From the UHGV virus genome UHGV-0246887: a stretch of DNA of 44,763 nucleotides. One strand, 5' to 3'. This DNA is from a virus. Made by a program: the position numbers and the translations under genes. Positions 1-9,284 of this stretch are shown here, piece after piece. The notes under the pieces were generated by a model. It saw only the letters and a list, made by a program, of their open reading frames with translations, was not told where the DNA came from and did no database searches. Each line of letters begins with the position of its first letter. Position 1 is the first letter of the stretch.

Positions 1-1
1 T

Positions 2-532
2 ACCCGCTACCAGAAACTGGTCCGCTACATGATCCGCATGGTGCGCAACGTGGTAGACCTGGCGCTGCAAAAACACCACAAAGTCAAACTGCTAATCGTC
101 CAGGGTAATCATGACGAGTCAGGCATGATTTGGCTTGCTGAGATGTTCAATACCCTGTATGAGAACGAGCCACGCGTCGATGTGGACACGTCCCCGGACG
201 TCTACAAAATGGTGCAGCACGGTAAGACCACGCTATTTTTCCACCACGGACACAAAGCGCGATTCGATGTTATCGAGCAGGTTATGATCGCTAAATTTAG
301 ACAGGCATTCGGGTCGAGCGAATACAGCTACGCGCACGTAGGCCATTTGCACCACCAGAAGATTGTTGAATCCCGCAACATGATTGTTGAACAGCACAGG
401 ACGCTCGCAGCGAAAGACGCCTACGCCAGTCGTGGCGGATGGATGTCCGGTCGCAGCGCAAACGTCATCACCTATAGCGCCAACTACGGCGAAGTTGCAC
501 GCTTAACCATTAGCCCGGAAATGTTGAAGTAA
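2..532 (+). CDS. Calcineurin-like metallophosphoesterase, C-terminal part (5' end lies at 44153..44763; gene wraps around window ends)
   Basis: Frame is open from position 2 (TRYQKLVRYMIRMV...) and contains GNHDE and GHLHH phosphoesterase motifs; it is in frame with the ORF running off the window end. Confidence 0.6.
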   Translation, partial: TRYQKLVRYMIRMVRNVVDLALQKHHKVKLLIVQGNHDESGMIWLAEMFNTLYENEPRVDVDTSPDVYKMVQHGKTTLFFHHGHKARFDVIEQVMIAKFRQAFGSSEYSYAHVGHLHHQKIVESRNMIVEQHRTLAAKDAYASRGGWMSGRSANVITYSANYGEVARLTISPEMLK

Positions 533-662
533 CGGCGACCCGTAACCCTCCCAGCCTGCCGATTTGGTGGGCTTTTTTGTGCCTGTTATAATCCACCTTA
601 GATGGCAGGGCCGTCTCCTATGTTGCCGATGGTCGGCGCATATGAACAAAAGGGCTTATATT

Positions 663-1214
663 ATGGCAGAAATCAAAGTTAAGGGCCGACGCGCCAAACT
701 GGACGGACGAGTAGCAGTAACCCCGCGCCGTAAACCAGGCGAGCAAACCGAGCACACCAATCTCGGACCTGAAATCGAGTACGGAAAGCGCCGCAAAGGC
801 GGTAAATGCGGACGCCCTACGGACTACCGATCCGTTTACTGTGACCAGCTTCGCCGCTATTTTGCCGACGCCGACGCCTGGCAGGTCAATTACTCCGATA
901 AAGGCGCTGCGCAAGTAATCCCCCGCAACAAAATTCCAACCTTCGGTCGATTTGCCGCGGAAATCGGCGTGGGCGTGGCTTGCCTGTATCGCTGGGCGCG
1001 CGCACATGAGGAGTTCGCCGAGGCGATGGCGGACGCTATGGAGCTACAGAAAACGTTCCTGATGGAAGCTGGCGGCGTAACCATCGCGGCGGGCTTCGCT
1101 ACGTTCCTGCTTAAAGCTAACCACGGCATCCGGGACGATGTACCGCTGGATGACGACGATGATGATAACGGCGACGTCGTTGTCGAACCTACCGGCAAAG
1201 GCCAGGGTGATTAA
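663..1214 (+). CDS. Terminase small subunit (putative)
   Basis: ATG with AAAGGG RBS inside ORF 564..1214; about 180 aa with acidic C-terminal tail; stop overlaps the large terminase start (TAATG); position immediately upstream of the large terminase. Confidence 0.5.
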   Translation: MAEIKVKGRRAKLDGRVAVTPRRKPGEQTEHTNLGPEIEYGKRRKGGKCGRPTDYRSVYCDQLRRYFADADAWQVNYSDKGAAQVIPRNKIPTFGRFAAEIGVGVACLYRWARAHEEFAEAMADAMELQKTFLMEAGGVTIAAGFATFLLKANHGIRDDVPLDDDDDDNGDVVVEPTGKGQGD

Positions 1215-2599
1215 TGCGTAACTATGCGGCAGAACATCGCGCCCTTGAACGAGCGATCGCAAAGCGAAACAGACCGCCGCGCCCGACACGCGTTGCGCAG
1301 GCCGTTCGCCTGTATCAACCTGATTGCCTTCCTCACCAGGTTGAACTACTGCGCGACACAAAGACCAAAATCCTCGGCCTGTGTTCCGGCTTCGGCGGTG
1401 GAAAGTCATGGGTCGCGGCACGTAAGGTCATCCAGCTTCTGACACTGAACCCAGGTCATGACGGCATCGTGACAGAACCGACTATTCCGCTCCTGGTTAA
1501 AATCATGTATCCGGAACTGGAGAAGGCATTCGACGAGGCTGGCTTCCGGTGGAAGTTCAATAAGCAGGACAAGATCTATAACGTGCTGGTGAAAGGGAAA
1601 TGGACCCGCGTTATCTGTGAATCAATGGAGAACTATACCCGCCTGATCGGGGTCAACGCCGCATGGATTGTCGCCGATGAATTCGACACCACGAAACAAG
1701 ACGTCGCGCTGGCGGCGTATCACAAATTGCTCGGTCGTCTGCGTGCGGGCTTCGTCCGCCAGTTCGTCATCGTGTCAACGCCTGAAGGCTACCGGGCGAT
1801 GTATCAAATTTTCGAGGTGGAGAAGGATAGCCAAAAGCGCCTGATCCGGGCGAAGACCACCGACAACCACCATTTACCGGCAGACTTTATCGACACGCTG
1901 CGCAGTCAGTACCCGGCGAACCTTATTGACGCGTACCTGAACGGCCTGTTTGTTAACCTTACGTCGGGCGCGGTGTACAAGATGTTTAATCGCGAGGAGA
2001 ACGCCAGCACCGAAGAAGTACAACCGGAAGACACGCTGATTATCGGTATGGACTTTAACGTCACGAAAATGGCGGCGGTTGTGTATGTCAGACGGCAGCG
2101 AGTCACCGAGAACAAGGAGTTCCGCGACGAGATTCACGCGGTGGATGAATTTGTGGATCTGTTTGATACCCCGGCTATGATTGAGGCGATCGAGGAGCGC
2201 TACCCCGATCATTGTGCTGCCGGTCGTGTTGTCGTTTACCCGGATAGCAGTGGCAAGTCCCGCAAAACGGTTAACGCGTCGTCGTCCGATATCGCACAAC
2301 TGGAAGACGCTGGCTTCGATGTGGAATATGACAGCGTTAACCCGCCAGTGAAAGACCGATTGATCGCGATGAATACGATGATGTGCAACTCGAAGGGGGT
2401 GCGCCAGTATTTTGTCAACCTGGATAAATGCCCTACACTAGCGAAATGTCTGGAACAGCAGGTGTATGACCTGAAGAAAGGCGAACCGGATAAAACTGCC
2501 GGTGTGGACCACATGAATGATGCCGCGGGCTACCCTATTGCGCACTTGTTCCCTGTGATTCGTCCGATCGCCGTTGTTCCAACCGTAGACTTCTACTAA
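1214..2599 (+). CDS. Terminase large subunit
   Basis: 461 aa; Walker A-like GLCSGFGGGKSW; acidic ATPase/nuclease-type motifs (VADEFD); sits between small terminase and portal. Confidence 0.85.
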   Translation: MRNYAAEHRALERAIAKRNRPPRPTRVAQAVRLYQPDCLPHQVELLRDTKTKILGLCSGFGGGKSWVAARKVIQLLTLNPGHDGIVTEPTIPLLVKIMYPELEKAFDEAGFRWKFNKQDKIYNVLVKGKWTRVICESMENYTRLIGVNAAWIVADEFDTTKQDVALAAYHKLLGRLRAGFVRQFVIVSTPEGYRAMYQIFEVEKDSQKRLIRAKTTDNHHLPADFIDTLRSQYPANLIDAYLNGLFVNLTSGAVYKMFNREENASTEEVQPEDTLIIGMDFNVTKMAAVVYVRRQRVTENKEFRDEIHAVDEFVDLFDTPAMIEAIEERYPDHCAAGRVVVYPDSSGKSRKTVNASSSDIAQLEDAGFDVEYDSVNPPVKDRLIAMNTMMCNSKGVRQYFVNLDKCPTLAKCLEQQVYDLKKGEPDKTAGVDHMNDAAGYPIAHLFPVIRPIAVVPTVDFY

Positions 2600-2610
2600 G
2601 GAAACCGACC

Positions 2611-4131
2611 ATGACCGTTAACGTTGACAACCAGCACCCGCTCTATGCGCGCATCTCGCCAGAGTGGAAAATGATCCGTGACTGCGTAGCAGGGGAGCGC
2701 GCCGTGAAGGCGTGCGGCCCTTTGTATCTGCCACATCCCTCCAGCGGGGACAATACCGACCCTAAATCGCGGGCGCGGTATAAAGCATATAAGCAACGCG
2801 CTGTATTCCTGAACGCCACCGCCCGCACACTAAACGCGCTGTTAGGCGTTGCCTTTGCGAAACCGGTAAGTCTGGACCTTTCCGGGGCAATGGCTGACCT
2901 GATTGATGACGTTGACGGCAGCGGTATGCCGCTGGCGCAACTCCTGCGCGGTGCTATGTCTGAAGTTCTGCAATCAGGCCGTGCCGGGTTTATGGTCGAC
3001 TACGACCGCCAGGCGCATTTTGACGAACTGGGTAACGTAGTACCGCAGACCGCCGCTGAAATGGCGGCACACCGCCCGCTTATCCGCCTGTATACGGCTG
3101 AACAGATCATTAACTGGCGGCAGACCCACGGGGTCGACACGCTAATCGTGCTGAAGGAAACGGACGAAATCAGCACCGAAGACCCGGACGACTTCGCAAA
3201 CCACGAAGTAACGATCTGGACCGAGCTTCGCATGATTGCAGGTAAGGCCCACGCCCGCCGCTGGTTTTACAACGCTGACACGTCCGAGGTGCAGATGGAC
3301 TTGCCGCGAGGCTTCACCCGCACCGACCTTGTACCATTGGTGGATGCCTCCGGTAATGCGCTAACTCAACTGCCATTTTGCTGGTGTGGCGCGGTGGACA
3401 ACAACGCGACACCGGACGCCGCACCGCTGGCGGATATTGCGTCCATCAACATTAAGCACTACAACGCCGAAGCGGACGTCGCCGAGATTGCGCACATCGT
3501 GGGCCAACCTACACTCATTGCGACTGGTCTGACCCAATCATGGGCGGACAAGAACCTGAAAGGAGGCATCGCGCTCGGGGCAACTAAGGGCGTTATCCTG
3601 GGCCAGAACATGGACGCCAAACTGCTTCAGGCGGAGGAGCGCAACTTGTCTGTTGCACTGTGTGAGCGCCGCGAATTGCAAATGGCTAAACTGGGCGCGG
3701 CCCTGGTCGAGAAGGGGACCGCACCTAAGACGGCAACCGAGGCGGCCTATGATGCACAGACTGATAACAGTATCCTGTCACTGATTGCCGGTAACGTCGA
3801 GAAGGCTTTCAACCGTGCGCTGCAAATCGTCAAGCTGTTCACGGGCGACACCGCAGATCAACGCGTAACGCTGAATAAGTTCTACACCGAAATCACGGTT
3901 GACGCACAGCTTATGACCGCAATGATGGCGGGTGTGCAGACAGGTACGGTCCGTCTGGCGGACTTTATCAAGTGGATGATGGCCCAGGGCGTTATTGATG
4001 ACTCGCAAACCGTCGAGCAGGTGGAAGACGAACTGCGAAATCAGAATCCATTGCCTCAAATGTCCCCGGATGCGGTAGAATCGTCCGAAGAAGCCCCGGA
4101 CGAGGTAGCGGACAATGGCGAAGACAATTAA
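2611..4131 (+). CDS. Portal protein
   Basis: 506 aa ORF directly after terminase with acidic C-terminus; RBS AAGGAAA upstream; canonical gene order. Confidence 0.8.
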   Translation: MTVNVDNQHPLYARISPEWKMIRDCVAGERAVKACGPLYLPHPSSGDNTDPKSRARYKAYKQRAVFLNATARTLNALLGVAFAKPVSLDLSGAMADLIDDVDGSGMPLAQLLRGAMSEVLQSGRAGFMVDYDRQAHFDELGNVVPQTAAEMAAHRPLIRLYTAEQIINWRQTHGVDTLIVLKETDEISTEDPDDFANHEVTIWTELRMIAGKAHARRWFYNADTSEVQMDLPRGFTRTDLVPLVDASGNALTQLPFCWCGAVDNNATPDAAPLADIASINIKHYNAEADVAEIAHIVGQPTLIATGLTQSWADKNLKGGIALGATKGVILGQNMDAKLLQAEERNLSVALCERRELQMAKLGAALVEKGTAPKTATEAAYDAQTDNSILSLIAGNVEKAFNRALQIVKLFTGDTADQRVTLNKFYTEITVDAQLMTAMMAGVQTGTVRLADFIKWMMAQGVIDDSQTVEQVEDELRNQNPLPQMSPDAVESSEEAPDEVADNGEDN

Positions 4132-5218
4132 TCAATATATGGCGGATCGCATGATCCGCCGTCACATCTTCACCCAGCGCCTGAGCAATGACCAGGCGCG
4201 GAGGGTGCTGGCTATGTGGGAGAAGTTCCGGCCCACGTTACTGGGTAAGCTGACCGAGTTACTTGATGGCAAAAAGTCCATGAATAACAAAGCACTTACC
4301 ACACTGTTAACGCAACTCGACAAGACCGTCAAAACGGAACTGCGCACCGAGTTTAAGGCGTTGGCTGAAAGCCTTCAGGAGTTCGCCGACACCGAGGCTG
4401 ATTATCTCGCCGACACATTAACGGCAGCGATCCAGCCGGTAGTCGCCGTACCGGCGGTCGAGGTGGTTGGCGTAGTGACCGGCGCGCAGATCGCAGCAAC
4501 GGCAATGAAAAACCCGTTCCAGGGTAACACCATGATGCAATGGCCGGATTCACTTTCAGAGTGGACAAGGACGCAGATCGGCAATCAGGTGCGCGCCGGA
4601 TTCATCCAGGGCAAGCCGACTATGGAAATTATCGCGGACGTGAGGCGCGCGCTCGGCGGTCGTAGTGCGCAAGCAATCTCAAGCGTTGTTAAGTCCGCAG
4701 TCAACCACTATGCGGCGACCGCCCGCGAATTAATGGTGAAAGCTAATGACGATATTCTCGAAGGTCGCCAATGGTTGTCCACATTGGACACTCATACTTC
4801 CCCTATGTGCCAGCTACGCGATCGCCTGTTTTATCCTGTTGACGTCACTCCCGACACCAAAGGAAAACGCGGCGGGAAAGTGGTGGCGGGATCACAATAT
4901 GGCGCTGGACCGGGCAAGCTGCATTATTGCTGCCGTTCGACGGAGACGTGGAAAGTCAAAGGTATGGAAGATTGGCCCAGTGGTAAGCGTCCGGCACTGA
5001 AGGCTGACGCAGGCAGATTGCTGAGTGAGCAGGTAGACGCGCAGACTGATTTCTTCTCATGGGTGCAGCGCCAGCCGCGCCATATCCTGGAGGAGTTATA
5101 TGGAGTGCAACGCGCCGACCAGATTATGCGCGGCGTGAAAGTGCCGAAGATGTTTACCGATTCTGGCGAACTGATGACTATTGCGCAGCTTAAAAACCGG
5201 GGGTTATGGCGTGATTAA
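4115..5218 (+). CDS. Head morphogenesis / minor head protein (SPP1 gp7 or Mu F-like)
   Basis: 367 aa ORF overlapping the portal stop; conserved position after portal. Confidence 0.6.
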   Translation: MAKTINQYMADRMIRRHIFTQRLSNDQARRVLAMWEKFRPTLLGKLTELLDGKKSMNNKALTTLLTQLDKTVKTELRTEFKALAESLQEFADTEADYLADTLTAAIQPVVAVPAVEVVGVVTGAQIAATAMKNPFQGNTMMQWPDSLSEWTRTQIGNQVRAGFIQGKPTMEIIADVRRALGGRSAQAISSVVKSAVNHYAATARELMVKANDDILEGRQWLSTLDTHTSPMCQLRDRLFYPVDVTPDTKGKRGGKVVAGSQYGAGPGKLHYCCRSTETWKVKGMEDWPSGKRPALKADAGRLLSEQVDAQTDFFSWVQRQPRHILEELYGVQRADQIMRGVKVPKMFTDSGELMTIAQLKNRGLWRD

Positions 5219-5540
5219 ATATGCAGCAATCGGACTGGTTATCGGTCTGGTGGTAGGATTCTGGCTAGGTGACTCCTATCGTGCTGGCGTAGTGGCGGAG
5301 GCGGCGCAAGAAGCGCAAGCCGAAGCCCAACGGCAGCAAACTAAAGTTATTGAGCGCTCCGTGCAGGCCGAACAAGCCCGCGACGTAGAATACCGGACTA
5401 TAACGAAAGAGGTTGTTAAATATGTTACGCGCCCTAACCGCCCTGATTGTAGTTTTGATGCTGAGCGCGTGCGGATCAAGCAACGTGCCGTTGATGCCGC
5501 TAACGGAGTCGGCACTGCGTCCGCCGTGCAAGTTCGATAA
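5211..5540 (+). CDS. Putative i-spanin (Rz-like), GTG start
   Basis: N-terminal transmembrane helix (IKYAAIGLVIGLVVGFWLG) followed by Ala/Gln/Glu-rich helical region; C-terminal region resembles Rz (ANGVGTASA); contains an embedded out-of-frame lipoprotein gene. Confidence 0.45.
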   Translation: MIKYAAIGLVIGLVVGFWLGDSYRAGVVAEAAQEAQAEAQRQQTKVIERSVQAEQARDVEYRTITKEVVKYVTRPNRPDCSFDAERVRIKQRAVDAANGVGTASAVQVR

Positions 5541-5652
5541 CCCGTCCGCGGACCCCGACGAAGATTTGATGATTGACGTGAAAAATATGGAATGCGGCGC
5601 GAAGCTAAGGGCGCAAGTGCTGGAGTTGCAGCAAATAATTAAGGGGCCGTGA
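5422..5652 (+). CDS. Putative o-spanin (Rz1-like outer-membrane lipoprotein)
   Basis: Signal peptide with lipobox LSAC-G (MLRALTALIVVLMLSACGSS), proline-containing mature part; starts in the +1 frame inside the i-spanin candidate; RBS AAAGAGG. Confidence 0.5.
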   Translation: MLRALTALIVVLMLSACGSSNVPLMPLTESALRPPCKFDNPSADPDEDLMIDVKNMECGAKLRAQVLELQQIIKGP

Positions 5653-5669
5653 TGGCCCCTTTTTCTTTA
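5641..5669. terminator. Bidirectional rho-independent terminator
   Basis: GC hairpin AGGGGCC-gtgat-GGCCCCT followed by TTTTCTTT; lies between convergent genes. Confidence 0.55.
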
Positions 5670-5705
5670 GCGCGGAATGCCGCCACCAATAGGCCGCTTT
5701 GTCAG

Positions 5706-6218
5706 CTACAAACGCCTCGGCATGATAACAAGGAAGGCCCCGCCTTTGAACAGCACACGTGTCGCATTGTCGGCCCCCTGGAATTCCAGTTTTAAGCTCT
5801 CAACCTTACGGTCGAACAATTTAGCAATTTTGCAGGCGTCGGATAGGTATTCCCCTTTAAACCCGATAGCCTCCACTTTAGCGCTGGTGAACGACGAAAC
5901 TCTACGCCAGTCGGGGAATCGGCCGTCTACGTTCTCCATGGGCAGGGTCCCTATTAATACGTCTTTACTATCAAAGAACGCTGCGGAGGTGTCATCTATG
6001 TTGCAGTATTCGAATTTAGTAGGTAAGCGGCCTCTAATTGATACTATTTTACTTTCACCTTCGGGTACAACCGCAGACCCACAGAACAAACGATGTCCGT
6101 CGGAGGCCACGATGAATCCTTTCTCGTCGAAAAATACACCATTCAGATAGTATCGCACGTCATTAGTTGCGGCGCACATCATAGCGGCTTTAAGATCGGC
6201 ATAGTTAACTTTAATCAT
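5706..6218 (-). CDS. Truncated DNA polymerase III beta sliding-clamp (DnaN)-like protein
   Basis: Translation contains DVRYYLNG, IVASDGHRL, VDGRFPDWRRV and C-terminal FLVIMPRRL, matching conserved DnaN segments (domain II start, domain II end, extreme C-terminus) but only about 170 aa; GAGGA RBS before ATG at 6218. Confidence 0.7.
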   Translation of the reverse strand: MIKVNYADLKAAMMCAATNDVRYYLNGVFFDEKGFIVASDGHRLFCGSAVVPEGESKIVSIRGRLPTKFEYCNIDDTSAAFFDSKDVLIGTLPMENVDGRFPDWRRVSSFTSAKVEAIGFKGEYLSDACKIAKLFDRKVESLKLEFQGADNATRVLFKGGAFLVIMPRRL

Positions 6219-6234
6219 TGTCATTTCCTCGTTG

Positions 6235-6266
6235 TTGGTGTGCAACCAATATAGCGCAACCAATTC
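6235..6266 (-). promoter_or_regulatory. Promoter-like region with two ATTGGTTGCA motif copies upstream of the clamp-like gene
   Basis: Minus strand reads TTGCAC-N18-TATATT with motif copies in the spacer and at +1; the same 23-nt string GCTATATTGGTTGCACACCAACA recurs at about 40638. Confidence 0.45.
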
Positions 6267-6366
6267 CAGCAGTGCAAGCGAATTTTGCGATTATTTTTAT
6301 CGCTGATAATATTAAGGCGTGAAGTCAAGCGGGTGGCCCGCTTTGCCACAATCCCAGGGGGATAGC

Positions 6367-7068
6367 ATGAAACTTACTAAAGCAGAATATGACGCGTTGC
6401 CGGAAGGTATGAAGGCGCTTTTTGTTGCCGATGGCGACGGGTATAAATCAACTTTCATGACCGCAGAAGAAGTACAGGCGGAGATCAAGGGTCTGAAAGA
6501 CAACAACGCGAAGCTGGTGAGCGAGAAGAAAGCAGAAGCTGAACGCCGCGCCGAAGCCGAGCGACTTGCGAAAGAGAAAGAGGAAGCCGCTGCGCGCAAA
6601 AATGGCGACCTCGAAGCGATCGACAAGTCCTGGAAAGATAAGTTTGCGAAACACGAAGCAGACACATCGGGAAAAATCGAAGCCTACCGCAAGCAGATCC
6701 ACGACCTAACCATCGGCAGCGCCGCCAAAGACCTGGCGTCGAAGCTGTTCGGTAAGAATGCTGGGATCATGCAACGCCACGTAATGGACCGCCTGACGCT
6801 GGAAGACGGCGAAGACGGCAGTCTGAAAGTGCGTGTCTTGCAGGATGGCAAACCGTCCGCGCTGACGATGGAAGAGCTTGAAAAAGAGTTCCGTAATAAC
6901 GCCGATTTTGCGTCCGTCCTGGCTGGCACGCCAGCAGGCGGCGCGCCTAGCAAACCGACGCAGGTTGTCGAAGATGTGAAGTCGAAAATCACGATGGGCC
7001 ACAGCTTCGGTATCACTGACCTTACGAAACAGGCTGGTGAAATCATCGCTAAGATGGGCGACGAGTAA
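6367..7068 (+). CDS. Scaffolding protein (putative)
   Basis: Highly charged, coiled-coil-like sequence (AEAERRAEAERLAKEKEE); located between head morphogenesis and major capsid genes; RBS AGGGGGA. Confidence 0.55.
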   Translation: MKLTKAEYDALPEGMKALFVADGDGYKSTFMTAEEVQAEIKGLKDNNAKLVSEKKAEAERRAEAERLAKEKEEAAARKNGDLEAIDKSWKDKFAKHEADTSGKIEAYRKQIHDLTIGSAAKDLASKLFGKNAGIMQRHVMDRLTLEDGEDGSLKVRVLQDGKPSALTMEELEKEFRNNADFASVLAGTPAGGAPSKPTQVVEDVKSKITMGHSFGITDLTKQAGEIIAKMGDE

Positions 7069-7075
7069 GCAGATT

Positions 7076-7098
7076 GCCCGCGAAAGCGGGCGATTTTG
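7076..7098 (+). terminator. Weak terminator or attenuator between scaffold and capsid genes
   Basis: Hairpin GCCCGC-gaaa-GCGGGC followed by GATTTTG. Confidence 0.35.
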
Positions 7099-7165
7099 CT
7101 AGCGCGGAAATCTAAGGTAACATTAACGTCACTGGGCGAATGCTCACAACTCAAAGGATTTCGAT

Positions 7166-8266
7166 ATGTCTTTAACAGTGTTCCAGCGTAAACTCGTTAC
7201 CGCGGTTACGCAAATGATCCCCGACAACCTGAACGTTTTCAACGCCGCCGCCAATGGCGCTGTTGTTCTCGGTACTGGTGAAGTGCTGAAGGATGTTATT
7301 GAGAAAATGTCCGTAGGCTTGATCGCCAACCTCGTTACCGACCGTAACGCCTACGCCCCTGTCGGCACTCCGGCAACCGCGAAAGTTCTGGCGCGTATGC
7401 TGACCAACTCGGTTAACCTTTCCGCAAAAGTGGGTCCGGTAGCAATCACTAAGGCTATGATGGCTAAGATCGAAACCAACGTTAACAGCGTTGCGGCTGA
7501 GATTGCGGCACAGGCTACTCAAGCGATTATGCTGCACTACCTGAAAGCTGGTATCGGCGCAAGTAAAGCGGCGATCGAAAGCAACGCAGCGGCAAAATAC
7601 ACCCAACCGGCGCGCGTTGACGGCGTTGGCGGTCGTACCTTCCCGACCCTGGCAGACTTCCCGCTGGCGGCTTCTAAGTTCGGCGATCAGGCGTCTTTGA
7701 TTAAGTCCTGGTTTATGGACGGCGTTACCTGGGCAAACTTCATTGCGTACCAGGCACTCCCTTCCGCTGAACAGGTATTCGCAATTGGCGATCTACAGGT
7801 AATGGGTGATGGCCTGGGCCGTCGATTCATTATCTCCGATGCCGCTGCCGATGCTATGGGCGCTGGTAACATGCTGGGTCTGGTTCCTGGCGCGGTTGCA
7901 GTTACCACCAACGGCCTCGATATGCTGGCGCAGGAGAAAGGCGGTAACGAGAACATCGAACGCTGGTGGCAGGGCGAGTTCGACTTCAACGTGGCCGTTA
8001 AAGGCTACCGACTGAAGGCGTCCGCTCGTACCCCGATCGAAGGTGTGCGCTCGTTCAAACTGGACGATATTACCACTTCCGCTAACTGGGAACTGGACCA
8101 GGGCCAGGTAGACAACGCACCGGCAACCGTGCAGGACGTTGGCGCTGTGGGTGATGGCGATACTAAAGGCCGTCGTAAGACCCAGGCCGCACAGGCAGTG
8201 CCTACCCGTCACATCAAGGAAACGGCTGGCGTACTGGTTACGCTGACTGCGACTACCGCGTCTTAA
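7166..8266 (+). CDS. Major capsid protein
   Basis: 366 aa ORF after scaffold, strong RBS (AAAGGA), followed by strong terminator; position and size. Confidence 0.7.
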   Translation: MSLTVFQRKLVTAVTQMIPDNLNVFNAAANGAVVLGTGEVLKDVIEKMSVGLIANLVTDRNAYAPVGTPATAKVLARMLTNSVNLSAKVGPVAITKAMMAKIETNVNSVAAEIAAQATQAIMLHYLKAGIGASKAAIESNAAAKYTQPARVDGVGGRTFPTLADFPLAASKFGDQASLIKSWFMDGVTWANFIAYQALPSAEQVFAIGDLQVMGDGLGRRFIISDAAADAMGAGNMLGLVPGAVAVTTNGLDMLAQEKGGNENIERWWQGEFDFNVAVKGYRLKASARTPIEGVRSFKLDDITTSANWELDQGQVDNAPATVQDVGAVGDGDTKGRRKTQAAQAVPTRHIKETAGVLVTLTATTAS

Positions 8267-8280
8267 CGGGCGCAAATCCC

Positions 8281-8309
8281 AAAGGGGCGGGCTTATGCCC
8301 GCCTTTTTT
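8281..8309 (+). terminator. Rho-independent terminator after capsid gene
   Basis: AAAGGGGCGGGC-ttat-GCCCGCC followed by TTTTTT. Confidence 0.7.
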
Positions 8310-8324
8310 ATAGGAGTGAATACA

Positions 8325-8825
8325 ATGTATGGCGACCCGCAAACCTTTATTGATTATGCCGCTGCGCGAGGCGTTGAAGTCACGCTGAGCGATGCAACGC
8401 GACACCTTACCGTCGCTAATGACTTCCTTAACGGCATCAACTGGATCGGAGAACCCGCAGACCAGACCGGAATCGACGCATGGCCCCGCATAAATTACCC
8501 ATCGGACGGTAAGCCGGTGCGCGACACGCTCACTGAAGTTGTGGCAGTAGTGCCTGCAGGGCAGATCGTAGATTTTGCATCAATCCCCATTGCCGTCGAG
8601 CAAGCCGTTTACAGGTTGGCGATGTTGGTGGCGGACGAGGTCGATATTTCTCCTGTTGGCAGTGGTAAGGAGACTATCCGCGAAACTGTTGGCCCGATCA
8701 CGATGGAATATGACCCTGCGACGATTGGTAGCGGTGTCTCGTTCCCGTGGTGGGATGGCTTGCTGGGCCACTGGATTGACTCCGACGGCAACGCAGCGGG
8801 TAATTTTGACGTATTCCGGGGGTGA
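8325..8825 (+). CDS. Head-tail connector region protein (putative head completion/adaptor)
   Basis: ATG with AGGAG RBS just after terminator; 166 aa; position between capsid and tail genes. Confidence 0.45.
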   Translation: MYGDPQTFIDYAAARGVEVTLSDATRHLTVANDFLNGINWIGEPADQTGIDAWPRINYPSDGKPVRDTLTEVVAVVPAGQIVDFASIPIAVEQAVYRLAMLVADEVDISPVGSGKETIRETVGPITMEYDPATIGSGVSFPWWDGLLGHWIDSDGNAAGNFDVFRG

Positions 8826-8826
8826 T

Positions 8827-8943
8827 ATGAATCCTGCATTACTGGCGGCTATTATCGCCGCAAATACTAAACGCCAACCAGAACCGGAGCCAGCACCAGA
8901 ACCAGAACCACCGGTACGGGAGGATGATAATGGCGGGCTTTAA
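8827..8943 (+). CDS. Small Pro/Glu-rich hypothetical protein (38 aa)
   Basis: ATG 3 nt after preceding stop with GGGGG RBS; PEPEPAPEPEP tract. Confidence 0.3.
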   Translation: MNPALLAAIIAANTKRQPEPEPAPEPEPPVREDDNGGL

Positions 8944-9283
8944 TTACGCAGGATTAAAGCGGAAAGTGAATCCGCTGATTAAAAAATTCGGCATGACCGT
9001 TACGGTTACGCGTCCGGGGTCGGTTGACCGCGTAGACGGCGACGAAGTGGTAATCCCGCCAACGTCGTTCGACGTCATAGGTCTTCGCGAGGAGTACAAG
9101 CCTAGCGAGATCGACGGAACGCGTATCGTTGCCGGTGATGTGAAGTTTTTATGTCGGGCGGTTGAGCAATTGCGGGTGGGCGACATTGTTAACCTGAACG
9201 GCACTGACTACCGGGTCGTCAACCCTAACCCACTGCAACCGGCTGGGACGACCATGCTGTTTCAACTACAGCTAAGGGGCTAA
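8930..9283 (+). CDS. Head-tail joining protein (putative)
   Basis: GGAGG RBS 6 nt before ATG; 117 aa; connector gene position. Confidence 0.45.
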   Translation: MAGFNYAGLKRKVNPLIKKFGMTVTVTRPGSVDRVDGDEVVIPPTSFDVIGLREEYKPSEIDGTRIVAGDVKFLCRAVEQLRVGDIVNLNGTDYRVVNPNPLQPAGTTMLFQLQLRG

Positions 9284-9284
9284 C

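Noticed and set aside
533-662. Terminator between the phosphoesterase gene and small terminase
   Set aside because: A T-run (about 573-578) is present but the preceding stem is weak or imperfect; not reported as a feature
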